This document shows, piece after piece, positions 43,972 through 53,646 of a stretch of DNA of 64,000 nt; the first letter of the stretch is position 1, and each line of letters starts with the position of its first letter. The stretch comes from Desulfobaccales bacterium (GTDB lineage Bacteria; Desulfobacterota; Desulfobaccia; Desulfobaccales; 0-14-0-80-60-11). Below the pieces are notes generated by a model. The model ran no database searches. It saw only the letters and a program-made list of their open reading frames with translations, and was not told the origin of the DNA. Both the position numbers and the translations under genes were made by a program. The DNA lies in assembly GCA_052326585.1 (NCBI GenBank), contig JBKQLU010000044.1:92682-156681 (forward strand), in the 5' to 3' direction.

Positions 43972-45552
43972 ATGCATAAGACCGTGTTAATAGGTCTGGA
44001 CGGCGCAACTTTTTCAATCCTCGACCCTCTGATGGCCGAAGGATATATGCCGTTTCTGAAGAATTTCCTTACCAGGGCTTTCCGGGCCAATTTATTGTCG
44101 ACCCCTAATCCGCTGACTCCTCCGGCCTGGGTTTCCATGATCACAGGCCGGAGTCCAGGCAATCACGGGGTTTATGACTTCATCCGCTCAGAAGATCGAA
44201 ACGGCACAATTTACTTCACCCTTTATAATTCTAGTGATATCCGCTGTGAAACCATCTGGTCAATGGCCAGCCGCCAGGGGCGCAAGGTAATACATCTGAA
44301 TTTTCCCATGATGGCCCCTCCCCAACCCGTCAACGGGTTCGTTATTCCCAGCATGGTGCAATGGCGTCATATTAGGAAGAATATTTATCCTAAAAATTTA
44401 TATGACACGCTCGCCTCAATCCCCGATTTCCAGGCGGACCAATGGGCCTTGACCTATTGTGAGGCCAACGAAGCCATGCGGCACAGGGCCTTATTTCCCA
44501 GCGAAGAAGAGGGCAAGGAATGGGTGGCGAAAAATCTCAACCGGGATAAACAGTGGTTCATTATTCTCAAATATTTGATGGAAAATGACTCAGCCGATTT
44601 AACCGCCATCGTCTTCGATGGCGTGGACAAGCTGCTGCATCCTTATTGGCGGTTACTCGATCCGAATACGCCGGAAAAGCTGCTCGATTGGGAACTACGC
44701 TTGCGGGATCAAGTCCTGGAATATTTCCGCCAGCTTGACTTGTATATCCGGGATATTATCGAATTGGCCGGAGATGAGGCGCATATTTTGATTGCCTCTG
44801 ATCATGGGTTCGGTCCGGCGCGCTATGTCTTTCATATCAATGTCCTGCTGGAGCAATTAGGGTATCTCGGCTGGAGAGAGGTGCACCATTCAAAGGTAAA
44901 AAAACATAATCATGAATGGTCCTTTGCCAGCCTGGACTGGTCAAAAACTACCGCTTATGTCGGAACTCCCAGCAGCAATGGGATTAAAATCAGGGTTCCG
45001 GAGGCTAATGCAAACCCCGAGGACTACCTGGCTTTCAGGGAAAGATTGACGCAGCAATTGCTGGACTACCGGGATCCCGCCACCGGGGAGCAAATTGTCA
45101 CCCGGGTAACTCCCCGGGAGCAGGCTTTCCCAGGTGCGGCGCTGGAACATGCTCCCGATCTGCTGGTAACGCTAAGTGATCACAGTTTTGTTTCCATTAT
45201 CAATGAGGAGCCTATCGTGCTCCACAGACCGGAGATCAACGGAACGCACCGGCCAGAGGGTATCTTTATCCTGGCGGGCCCGGGGGTCAAGGGCGGAGAA
45301 AACCCTGAACCATGTTCCATCCTGGATATTGCCCCCACCATTCTCTATTGCCTGGGGTTACCCATACCTCAGGAATTCGAAGGCAGGTTAACCGTGGGGG
45401 CCTGGGAGGAGGGATATTTGCAGGAGCATAAAATATTGGCCGGGATAGAAACCGCAAACTTTCCGGATCCGACCAGGGTTGAGTCTCCTTTTTCTATCGA
45501 GGAAGAGGAGGCTATCTGGTCTCAATTGCGAGCTTTGGGATATGTTGACTAG
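43972..45552 (+). CDS. Alkaline-phosphatase-superfamily enzyme (type I phosphodiesterase/nucleotide pyrophosphatase family)
   Basis: VLIGLDGATFSILDPLM..., TPNPLTPPAWVSMITGRSPGNHGV (nucleophile Thr context), ASDHGFGP, NGTHRPEG. Confidence 0.75.
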   Translation: MHKTVLIGLDGATFSILDPLMAEGYMPFLKNFLTRAFRANLLSTPNPLTPPAWVSMITGRSPGNHGVYDFIRSEDRNGTIYFTLYNSSDIRCETIWSMASRQGRKVIHLNFPMMAPPQPVNGFVIPSMVQWRHIRKNIYPKNLYDTLASIPDFQADQWALTYCEANEAMRHRALFPSEEEGKEWVAKNLNRDKQWFIILKYLMENDSADLTAIVFDGVDKLLHPYWRLLDPNTPEKLLDWELRLRDQVLEYFRQLDLYIRDIIELAGDEAHILIASDHGFGPARYVFHINVLLEQLGYLGWREVHHSKVKKHNHEWSFASLDWSKTTAYVGTPSSNGIKIRVPEANANPEDYLAFRERLTQQLLDYRDPATGEQIVTRVTPREQAFPGAALEHAPDLLVTLSDHSFVSIINEEPIVLHRPEINGTHRPEGIFILAGPGVKGGENPEPCSILDIAPTILYCLGLPIPQEFEGRLTVGAWEEGYLQEHKILAGIETANFPDPTRVESPFSIEEEEAIWSQLRALGYVD

Positions 45553-45569
45553 AGGGTAATGCCAATATT

Positions 45570-46754
45570 ATGCCGATGTTAGCCAGCAATGGTGTCAAGT
45601 TGAACTATATCCAAACGGGTGCAGGCGCTGATGTCGTCTTGGTCCATGGGCTGGCCTCCAGTTTGGCCTTCTGGTACTGCGGCACGGTTCTGCCGTTGCG
45701 GCGCCATTATCGAGTAACTGCCTATGATCTGCGCGGCCACGGCTACAGCGGTATGCCCACTTCCGGTTATACCCATATGAACATGGCCGAAGATCTGGCC
45801 GGTTTGGTAGATCGCCTGGGCCTGGAAAAATTCCATCTGGTTGGCCACAGCTTCGGAGGCCTCATAGCTATTTCTTATGGCCGGCGTTATCCCCATCGCT
45901 TGAGATCAATGGTGCTGGCAGATGTACCGCTGAATGAAATCAATCCTACTCCGGAGTGGCCCTTTTGGTGGCCAAGCCTGATGAAATTTGAAAACTTGGG
46001 GATCGTTATCCCCCGCGATGAGCCCTATCCGGAATTAAAAGTGCTTGAGGAACTGGCCCGGCCCCAAATTCGCCAACAACTAGGAAACCTTTTATGTGAA
46101 AGCGTGCGCTTGCCCTATGGGTGGGGAAAAGGAGCTGAGCGCGCTGCTAAACGCTGGTTAAATCTATTGAATACCACCACCGCCCCGGATGATATTCGCT
46201 ACCGGCAAGTTTCGGCCGTCGACCTCAGCCAGATTGCCGTGAAAACTTTAGCTGTCTATGGCGTGGAGTCGAAATGGCGCTCTTCAGGTGAGATTTTGAG
46301 AGGCTGCCTGCCTAATGTCGAGGTGGTCTATGTCGAGAAAGCTGGCCATGCTCATCCCTGGGAGCGCCCGGAAGTTTTTTCCGAGCTTTTGCATCGTTTC
46401 CTGGCAGACAGAGACCGCCTCGCCCACCTCTCCCCTGAGGACCGGCGAAAATATCAGCGATTTCCTGTGGAAATGCCGGTAGAAGTGCGAAATCCCGCGG
46501 GAATTTATGCCTCAGCGAAAACCATGAATATCTCGATGAATGGCCTCCGCCTGCACTGTTCTGAAATTATCGGGCGCGGAGACGTCGAAGTTATTATCCC
46601 CGTGAATCAGAACGGTTTAACCCTTATCATACCCGGAAGAATTGTCCGAGAAGAAAATGATGAAGTTGGGGCGGTTTGCCGTTTGGGCGTCGAACTTCTC
46701 TGGCCCGCTGGAGGCAATAAGACGTGGGAAGAGCTTCTGGCCAAGCATCAATAA
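45570..46754 (+). CDS. Alpha/beta-hydrolase fused to a C-terminal PilZ domain
   Basis: ABH: VVLVHGLASS, nucleophile elbow VGHSFGG, GHAHPWERP. PilZ: RRKYQRF (RxxxR, aa 293-297) and NISMNG ((D/N)xSxxG, aa 320-325). Confidence 0.85.
   Translation: MPMLASNGVKLNYIQTGAGADVVLVHGLASSLAFWYCGTVLPLRRHYRVTAYDLRGHGYSGMPTSGYTHMNMAEDLAGLVDRLGLEKFHLVGHSFGGLIAISYGRRYPHRLRSMVLADVPLNEINPTPEWPFWWPSLMKFENLGIVIPRDEPYPELKVLEELARPQIRQQLGNLLCESVRLPYGWGKGAERAAKRWLNLLNTTTAPDDIRYRQVSAVDLSQIAVKTLAVYGVESKWRSSGEILRGCLPNVEVVYVEKAGHAHPWERPEVFSELLHRFLADRDRLAHLSPEDRRKYQRFPVEMPVEVRNPAGIYASAKTMNISMNGLRLHCSEIIGRGDVEVIIPVNQNGLTLIIPGRIVREENDEVGAVCRLGVELLWPAGGNKTWEELLAKHQ
46437..46720 (+). other. Domain: PilZ (c-di-GMP receptor signature intact)
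   Basis: RRKYQRFPVEMPVEV...TMNISMNGLRLH...GRIVREE...CRLGVEL. Confidence 0.75.
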
Positions 46755-46779
46755 CCCTTTTGGGGTGTGAGCTAAGACC

Positions 46780-49092
46780 ATGAATTCCGGATTTCTGCAA
46801 GTCGTAAGACCTGGAGTCAAGCCTGTTGAAAGAGGAGAAACCCCCAGTCAACCGGTGGGGCTAAGGGCGCAAAACTTCCGAAAGGTCTCTCCGAATGGGT
46901 TCGGAGATCCTTTCAATGCCTATCCCCATACCATGGTTTGGTTCAAGGACCACCTTTATGTGGGTACGACGCGGGCCAACCTCCACCTACTGTGGTTTAC
47001 CATGGGAGAAAATGTCAACCGCTTCTCCATCTGGCCCGTGGAGCAGCCAGCTAACCCCTATGATCTCGATCTTAGGGGTCAAATCTGGAGATTCAATCAT
47101 CGCAATGGGGAATGGCAACAGGTTTATATCTCCCCTATGCTGATGGGGAGCGAAGGTTTTGAAGTGCCGCTTTCCATAGGGTTTCGAGGGATTACGGTCT
47201 ATCAGGGCAAGAACGACCCGGAACCTGTGCTTTATTGCACCACCTGGGCCTCTTCCAAGGGGCCTGGGCCCGTCTTGCTGCGTTCCAGTGACGGCCTCAA
47301 TTTTGAAGTGGTCGGTCAACCGGGCCTGGGCGATCCCACGGTGGCAACGGTCCGGTCTGTCGTGCCCTTCCAAGGGAAATTATTCCTTTCTCCTACGGGC
47401 ACCACCAAAGGAAAATACTTAGCGAATATTCCCGACAGAATGGTGATCCTGGTAAACCAGGATCCAGAAAAAGGCGATTGGCAGTTGGCCTGTGAACCTT
47501 TTTTTGGCGACACGACCAACATGGGTGTCTTTGACATGGCCCCTTTTAATGGCTATCTCTATGCCGCCACCACGAATTCTGCGACCGGTTTCCAAATTTG
47601 GAAGACGGATGCCAGTGGCACGCCGCCATACAGGTGGAAAAAAGTACTTTCCCATGGTGGCTACCGGGGCAAGGAAAATCAGAGTGTCGGCCACTTGTTC
47701 GAGTTCAAGGGATGCCTTTACATCGGCACGGGCATTTTGGGTGGCCATGACCGGGAACGCAAGATCGGCCCGGCTGCTCCAGAACTTTTCCGTCTTTTCC
47801 CTGATGATTCCTGGGAATTAATCGTCGGAGAACCACGCCTCACACCGGAGGGGTTAAAAGTTCCTCTCAGTGGTTTAGGAGCTGGTTATAACAGCCCTAC
47901 CGTGGGATATTTCTGGCGCATGTGCGAATACGAAGGTTGGCTTTATCTGGGGACCTACGATTGGTCTGTCTGGATGCCCTATATACGCCCGGAAACCATG
48001 CCGGATAAGCTGCGCCAACGGATCGAACGGGTCGGGGTGGACAACATCGTCAGAGCCCAGGCGGGCTTTGACCTCTGGCGTAGCCGCGATGGGGTGGAAT
48101 GGGTCCCGGTTTCCCGCAACGGTTTCGGCAATCCTTGCAATTACGGGATACGCACCATGGTCTCCTCACCTTATGGCCTCTTTCTGGGGGTAGCGAATCC
48201 CTTCGGGCCGACCCTGGCTGTCCGGAGACTGGCAGGTTGGCGGTATGAGCCCAATGAAGGGGGATGCGAGATTTGGCTGGGCTCCAGAGATTTTCCTGAC
48301 CCCGCGGCTCAACCGGAAGAGGACCTCGTCCCCTACGAAATAGTGGCTGGGAGTGGAAAGCACCCCCTGTCCGACCTCGCTGAGGAAATGATCAGCGATT
48401 TTTACGAGGGTAGCGGTTTCCGCCACTGCGGTTTCTGGCGCCACCCAATCAAGACCCCGCTTAAAGCCTGCGAAAATCTCGTCGAGGAGCTGCTAGCCTT
48501 CCTTTCGAATGAGCCGGGTTCTTTGCTGGAAATCGGCTGTGGCACGGGCGCTACCACCCGGATGATCGCTAAACATTTGCCAGCCACCGCCTTAACCGGG
48601 GTGGTTAGCACTGCTGCGGATCTGGCAGCATGCCAGGAAACCATCCCTACGGGGTTATTCCACCTTGAAAAACGGCCCAAGTTAAAGTTCGCTCCTGGAA
48701 CTTTCGACGCAGCTATCTGTGTCGAAGGCCCCAGTGCCTTTTTGCCAACGGCCCAAAAGTTCTTCCGGATCGTCCACCAGGTGGTGAAGCTGGGGGGGGT
48801 GGTGGTATTTGCGGATTTAGTGACGGCCGGTTCACGCGGTGCACCCAGCAGCCTCCCGGAGTATGAAGCTATCTTAACTCAAGGTGGTTTCAAAGATGTT
48901 CAGCTTTGGGACGTCACGCACTTATGCTGGAGCCCCTTTAAAGGCCACGCCATGAAATACTTCGGGGCTAAATTACTGGGAGGGAAAATAACCCAAAACC
49001 TCTATCAGGAAATTATCAGCCGATTACCGGGCTGGAATCAGCCGGTAAAACTCTACGTCATTGGTCTGGCCAAGAAGACTGAGAATCATTAA
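46780..49092 (+). CDS. Beta-propeller-like domain fused to a class I SAM-dependent methyltransferase
   Basis: The N-terminal ~540 aa have recurring blade-like (L/F)Y(V/A/I/L)GT motifs (HLYVGTT, YLYAATT, CLYIGTG, WLYLGTY). The C-terminus has MTase motif I LLEIGCGTGATT and VVKLGGVVVFADL. Confidence 0.7.
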   Translation: MNSGFLQVVRPGVKPVERGETPSQPVGLRAQNFRKVSPNGFGDPFNAYPHTMVWFKDHLYVGTTRANLHLLWFTMGENVNRFSIWPVEQPANPYDLDLRGQIWRFNHRNGEWQQVYISPMLMGSEGFEVPLSIGFRGITVYQGKNDPEPVLYCTTWASSKGPGPVLLRSSDGLNFEVVGQPGLGDPTVATVRSVVPFQGKLFLSPTGTTKGKYLANIPDRMVILVNQDPEKGDWQLACEPFFGDTTNMGVFDMAPFNGYLYAATTNSATGFQIWKTDASGTPPYRWKKVLSHGGYRGKENQSVGHLFEFKGCLYIGTGILGGHDRERKIGPAAPELFRLFPDDSWELIVGEPRLTPEGLKVPLSGLGAGYNSPTVGYFWRMCEYEGWLYLGTYDWSVWMPYIRPETMPDKLRQRIERVGVDNIVRAQAGFDLWRSRDGVEWVPVSRNGFGNPCNYGIRTMVSSPYGLFLGVANPFGPTLAVRRLAGWRYEPNEGGCEIWLGSRDFPDPAAQPEEDLVPYEIVAGSGKHPLSDLAEEMISDFYEGSGFRHCGFWRHPIKTPLKACENLVEELLAFLSNEPGSLLEIGCGTGATTRMIAKHLPATALTGVVSTAADLAACQETIPTGLFHLEKRPKLKFAPGTFDAAICVEGPSAFLPTAQKFFRIVHQVVKLGGVVVFADLVTAGSRGAPSSLPEYEAILTQGGFKDVQLWDVTHLCWSPFKGHAMKYFGAKLLGGKITQNLYQEIISRLPGWNQPVKLYVIGLAKKTENH

Positions 49093-49099
49093 GGCTTAA

Positions 49100-49996
49100 A
49101 TGGTGGCCGCAGACATGATTAACACATCCTACGAGCCTTTTTCCCGACAACCCGAGTATATTGAAGTTAACCTGGGCTTTATTCAAAGTCTCCATTTACA
49201 GCAATGCCATCAAGTGTTGGACCTGGCCTGTGGCACGGGGACGCTCACCGATCTTCTAGTGGCGCAATACCCTGTTCTGGGAATTATCGGTTTAGATCTG
49301 GACAGAGGATCCCTGCGGTTGGCTTGGGAGCATTTCCAGGCCAGGGGACTTCTAGGAAACAACGGGAGTAAGATCGTCGCCACAGGACAGACCGGCAAGC
49401 CAGCGATACTTTTCCTGCAAGGCACAGCCGACTCCTTACCTGTCAAGAGCCAGAGCTTCGACGCCGTGGTCATGGGCAATGCTATCCATAACCTTCCTGA
49501 TCAGGACCTATTGTTACAAGAAATTCACCGCGCCTTGAAACCGGGCGGCCTCTTTGCCTTTAACACCTCTTTTTTCGCTGGCACCTTTCCCCCCGGTACC
49601 GAAAATCTCTACCATGGCTGGCTGAAGTTCTCCCTGGGCTATATCCAGGCCAAAAATGAAGAATTGCAGCGCCAGGGCCTGGAAGGAATCAAGAGGACGA
49701 GAGGCACCTCGCATCAGGCTTTTTCCAAGCAGTGGCCCACTCCAGAGGAATTTACCCGACTCCTATTACGGAATAACTTTGAGGTAAAATGGTTCTGCCA
49801 CCGCACCATAATGATGAACCAGAACAGCCTCGAAACCGTAGGGGCATATGCTGGTTTAGCCTGTGTCCTTCTCAGCGGGTATCCCATCGAGCTGGCCTGT
49901 AAGGCGCTGGAAGCCTCTGCCGGCCCTGCTTTTGAAGCCATGGGACTAACGGAAGTACGTCGCCTCTGGCTGGAGGTAGTCGCGGTGAAAAAATGA
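49100..49996 (+). CDS. Class I SAM-dependent methyltransferase
   Basis: VLDLACGTGTLTDLL, FDAVVMGNAIHNL, LKPGGLFAFNT. Confidence 0.85.
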   Translation: MVAADMINTSYEPFSRQPEYIEVNLGFIQSLHLQQCHQVLDLACGTGTLTDLLVAQYPVLGIIGLDLDRGSLRLAWEHFQARGLLGNNGSKIVATGQTGKPAILFLQGTADSLPVKSQSFDAVVMGNAIHNLPDQDLLLQEIHRALKPGGLFAFNTSFFAGTFPPGTENLYHGWLKFSLGYIQAKNEELQRQGLEGIKRTRGTSHQAFSKQWPTPEEFTRLLLRNNFEVKWFCHRTIMMNQNSLETVGAYAGLACVLLSGYPIELACKALEASAGPAFEAMGLTEVRRLWLEVVAVKK

Positions 49997-50820
49997 GACC
50001 GGCATCATTAGAATGCAGAGATAACCGGAACCGGCTACCGGGGAGACTGAAAGGCCAGGTCGCCATAGTTACGGGCGGCACCAGCGGTATCGGCCACCAC
50101 GCCTGTCTGGCCTTAGCGCAAGAGGGGGCGGCCGTAATCGTTGTGGGGAGGAATAGTGCACGTCTGACTGCCGTGGTAGCGGAGTTAGAGTCCAAGAGTG
50201 CGGCCTATGGCTTACCCCGGGCCGCCCTGGGTCTGCAACTCGATGTCTGCCTGGAAGCAGATATGTTGCATATGGTTTGCCAGACGCTGAAACACTTCGG
50301 CAGGATAGATATTTTAATCGCCGCTGCCGGGATTTTACGCGGGGAAGACTCCCGGCCGACCAGACTGTTCGAATTGACTAGCCAGGAATGGGATCGAGTT
50401 ATTAATACTAATTTGAAAGGGGTCTTCCTGAGCAACCGAGCCGTGTTGCGAACCATGATGGAGCAAGGCGCCGGCCAGGTCATTAACATTTCCTCTTTAA
50501 GTGGCCGGCGGGCTGTGGCTTTTGATACGCCGTATTCCGCCTCCAAATTTGGCGTGGTTGGCCTCACGGAAAGTCTGGCACAGGAGATGCGGCCCTACGG
50601 AGTCCGGGTGCAGCTATTGTTGCCGGGCAATACCGACACCCCGATCTGGTCTCAAAATGCACCACTCCCTGCGGCGGCGCACACAATTCCGGCCGCCCGG
50701 GTGGCGGAACTCATCGTCCTCATGCTCACCTGGCCTCACGATGCGACCCTGGGGGAACTGGCTATCGCTCCTTTGGGTGCCAAAACGAAAGGGGTAGCTC
50801 ATTGGGGATACTCGCACTGA
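49993..50820 (+). CDS. SDR-family oxidoreductase (FabG-like)
   Basis: ATGA overlap with the upstream gene. VAIVTGGTSGIG, NISSLSG, YSASKFGVVGL. Confidence 0.88.
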   Translation: MRPASLECRDNRNRLPGRLKGQVAIVTGGTSGIGHHACLALAQEGAAVIVVGRNSARLTAVVAELESKSAAYGLPRAALGLQLDVCLEADMLHMVCQTLKHFGRIDILIAAAGILRGEDSRPTRLFELTSQEWDRVINTNLKGVFLSNRAVLRTMMEQGAGQVINISSLSGRRAVAFDTPYSASKFGVVGLTESLAQEMRPYGVRVQLLLPGNTDTPIWSQNAPLPAAAHTIPAARVAELIVLMLTWPHDATLGELAIAPLGAKTKGVAHWGYSH

Positions 50821-50886
50821 CCGAGATCGTGATAGCCGGGAAGGGGTTATGGAGGGACGCGAGCGGGAGCGGACGGAGATGAACTG

Positions 50887-51672
50887 ATGGAATCCATTGA
50901 TCAACGATCGCTATCCGGACAGACAGCCATCGTCACGGGGGGGGCCAGTGGCATAGGACGGGCCGTCTCCCTTGGTCTAGCCCGGCTAGGGATAGAGGTG
51001 GCCATCGTAGACCTGAACGAGCGATTACTAAAAGAAACCGCCCAGGAAGTAAAAAGATTAACAGGCTCCCCCGAGCCCTTAATATTGAATAAGGACATCC
51101 GGCGTGAAACCGACATGGAGGACATGGCCCGGGTTACTCTGGAAAAGTTCGGCAGTATCGATATTCTGGTGCATAGTGCCGCCATCTTGCGTGGCAAGGG
51201 CAGCGGACCCAAAATGATGGTAGATGTCGAAGCGGCGGAATGGGACGAAGTTGTGGGCACGAATCTGAAAGGAACCTTCCTCTGTAACCGGGCCGTCTTG
51301 CCGGCCATGATCAAGCAGAGGCGAGGGCAGATCATTAATATCTCGTCTACCTCGGGATTGAGGGGGCGTGCCCTCGATTCGGTCTATTGCGCCTCAAAGT
51401 TCGGGGTTATGGGTCTATCCCAGGCCTTGGCGGAGGAGGTTCGGCCATATGGTATCAGGGTTCAGGTAGTTGCGCCCGATGCTATTGATACTCCTATGTG
51501 GGACCAGAACGGTCCAATTCGTCCTCCCGGCGATTCCTTACCGCCGTCCCGGGTGGCGGATCTGATCGCCTACATGGTAGCCTTGCCTCTGGATGCTGTG
51601 CTCGGTGACGTGGTAATCGCCCCGTTTCGTTTCCGTCGCCGCAAGAGACAGGATGCCACTGATAAGATTTAA
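50887..51672 (+). CDS. SDR-family oxidoreductase (FabG-like)
   Basis: TAIVTGGASGIG, NISSTSG, YCASKFGVMGL. Confidence 0.88.
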   Translation: MESIDQRSLSGQTAIVTGGASGIGRAVSLGLARLGIEVAIVDLNERLLKETAQEVKRLTGSPEPLILNKDIRRETDMEDMARVTLEKFGSIDILVHSAAILRGKGSGPKMMVDVEAAEWDEVVGTNLKGTFLCNRAVLPAMIKQRRGQIINISSTSGLRGRALDSVYCASKFGVMGLSQALAEEVRPYGIRVQVVAPDAIDTPMWDQNGPIRPPGDSLPPSRVADLIAYMVALPLDAVLGDVVIAPFRFRRRKRQDATDKI

Positions 51673-51715
51673 TCGAACCCCTATTATGAAGATTAATAAA
51701 AAGGAGAGCTACCCG

Positions 51716-52687
51716 ATGAATTTAAATCACACTCCATTTAATTCTTCGTTTTTTGTTGTCTTGGTCATCGGCGTGGTGCTGCTGTTACAGACCTCGGCCT
51801 CGGCCCAGGGAGGGTCGTTTGCCCTGGGGCCAGGCAATTATGACCGTACCATCAACTTTGGAGGCATGGAGCGTTCCTATGTAGTGCATGTTCCCGGGAG
51901 TTATACTGCAAGCAGGGCGACCCCGGTAATCCTCAACTTTCACGGTGGCGGCGGCAATCCTAATAGTGAGAGAACGATCTCCATGATGGATCAGGCCTCT
52001 GAGCGTTACGGTTTTATTGTCGTATATCCACAGGGCACCGGTGCCAAAGGGCGCCTCATCAATCCACATGGATATACCTGGAATGCCGGCACCTGTTGTG
52101 GGTGGGCGATGGAAAATGGTATTGACGATGTTGGCTTTACCAATGCGATGCTCGACGCCCTGGAGCAACAGTTCAATATTGATAAGAGACGAGTTTTTGC
52201 TACTGGTATATCCAACGGCGCCATGATGTGCTACCGTCTGGCTTGTGAACTCTCTAACCGCATTGCCGCCATCGCCCCTATCTCCGGTACCATGGGTGTA
52301 ACTAGCTGTAATCCGGTCCGACCGGTTTCGGTGATACATTTCCATGGCACCGCTGATATGTTTGCTCCATACGCCGGCGGCAGAGGGCCGCGTTCTCTCC
52401 CGGGAGAGTCTTTTCAGTCAGTCGATCAAACGATCGCTTTTTGGCTCAAAAGGGATAAGATCAGCGGCCCACCCAGGACCGTCACACGGGGCCAGGCCAG
52501 CGGTTCTTATTATGGCCCCGGAGCGCAGGGCACGGAGGTGGCTCTGTGGACAATTCAGGGAGGAGGCCATACCTGGCCTGGTGGCAGATTCGGTATTTTG
52601 GGGAAGAGATTCCTTGGTGAGTTAACTCAAGACATTTCCGCCAATGACCTCATGTGGGAATTTTTTCAACGGCACCCACTGAAATAG
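51716..52687 (+). CDS. Secreted PHB-depolymerase-family esterase (LpqC-like)
   Basis: Start chosen at the ATG with an AAGGAG SD (MNLNHTPFNSSFFVVLVIGVVLLLQTSASAQG signal). HGGGGN, NAGTCCGWA, GISNGAMM nucleophile elbow, HFHGTAD. Confidence 0.8.
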   Translation: MNLNHTPFNSSFFVVLVIGVVLLLQTSASAQGGSFALGPGNYDRTINFGGMERSYVVHVPGSYTASRATPVILNFHGGGGNPNSERTISMMDQASERYGFIVVYPQGTGAKGRLINPHGYTWNAGTCCGWAMENGIDDVGFTNAMLDALEQQFNIDKRRVFATGISNGAMMCYRLACELSNRIAAIAPISGTMGVTSCNPVRPVSVIHFHGTADMFAPYAGGRGPRSLPGESFQSVDQTIAFWLKRDKISGPPRTVTRGQASGSYYGPGAQGTEVALWTIQGGGHTWPGGRFGILGKRFLGELTQDISANDLMWEFFQRHPLK

Positions 52688-52769
52688 TGGCGGAGCATGA
52701 AAAAATACTATATTTCCGTGGCATGCGGGAAGACCGGCAAAATCTGAGGAACCGACTGGTTCGGTATAG

Positions 52770-53567
52770 GTGAGAACCGTGAATAGGAGGATGGCGGACA
52801 GGATCATCAGGTATTATGACGACAGCATGTATCATGAAAGGTTGCACGAGTACTTTGGCTTTAGCGACTTCTTTAACTATGGTTATTGGGACGACAACAC
52901 CTTGGACCAAAAGGGGGCTTGCGAAAACTTGGTCGACAAGCTTCTCTCCTTTATTCCGACCAAGGACGGAAACATTCTTGATGTCGCCTGCGGCAAAGGG
53001 GAAGTTGCTCATTATCTGCTGAAATATTTTGAACCGCAGAACATTACGGGAATCAATCTGTCTCAGAAGCAACTGGCGACCTGTCGGCAAAAGGTACCGG
53101 GGGGAACTTTTCTTTGTCTGGATGCCGCAAATATTGATTTTGAAAATGAATTATATAATAATATCATCTGTATAGAGGCAGTCTTTCATTTTCGTACGAG
53201 AGAAAAGTTCCTGCAACAGGCCTACCGGGTGTTAAAGCCCCAGGGATACCTGGTTCTGACCGATATTCTTTTGACTGATTGGGGAAAGAAGCACCGCTTA
53301 TGGTGGTTTGACCAAGAAAACGCGCTATTGAATGATCTCAAGGCATACTCAGAGCTATATCAGCGTATCGGCTATCAGGGGGTTGAGATCCTGGATGCCA
53401 CTAAGGAATGTTGGGAGGGTTATTATTCCAATCTTGCCCGCTATTGCTTTGAGAAACTGGACAAGAAGGAATTCGATCTAGGAGCTTTGAACAAGATCGC
53501 CGTTAATATATTCAGGAGAATTCCGGCAACCCGCTATTACTTGCTGGTTGTGGCCAGGAAGGCCTAA
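52770..53567 (+). CDS. Class I SAM-dependent methyltransferase
   Basis: ILDVACGKGEVAHYL, IICIEAVFHF, LKPQGYLVLTD. The start may be the Met at 52791. Confidence 0.82.
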   Translation: MRTVNRRMADRIIRYYDDSMYHERLHEYFGFSDFFNYGYWDDNTLDQKGACENLVDKLLSFIPTKDGNILDVACGKGEVAHYLLKYFEPQNITGINLSQKQLATCRQKVPGGTFLCLDAANIDFENELYNNIICIEAVFHFRTREKFLQQAYRVLKPQGYLVLTDILLTDWGKKHRLWWFDQENALLNDLKAYSELYQRIGYQGVEILDATKECWEGYYSNLARYCFEKLDKKEFDLGALNKIAVNIFRRIPATRYYLLVVARKA

Positions 53568-53646
53568 GGATGCTGGATGCAGCTTTTTGGCTGGGTTTCT
53601 CATTTGACCTGGAGGAGCCACACCTAATCTCTGATCTTCGAGTTCT

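Noticed and set aside
51653-51715. Upstream start for the esterase ORF (MPLIRFNRTPIMKINKK…)
   Set aside because: It overlaps the SDR gene end. The ATG at 51716 has an AAGGAG SD at proper spacing and gives a normal signal peptide.
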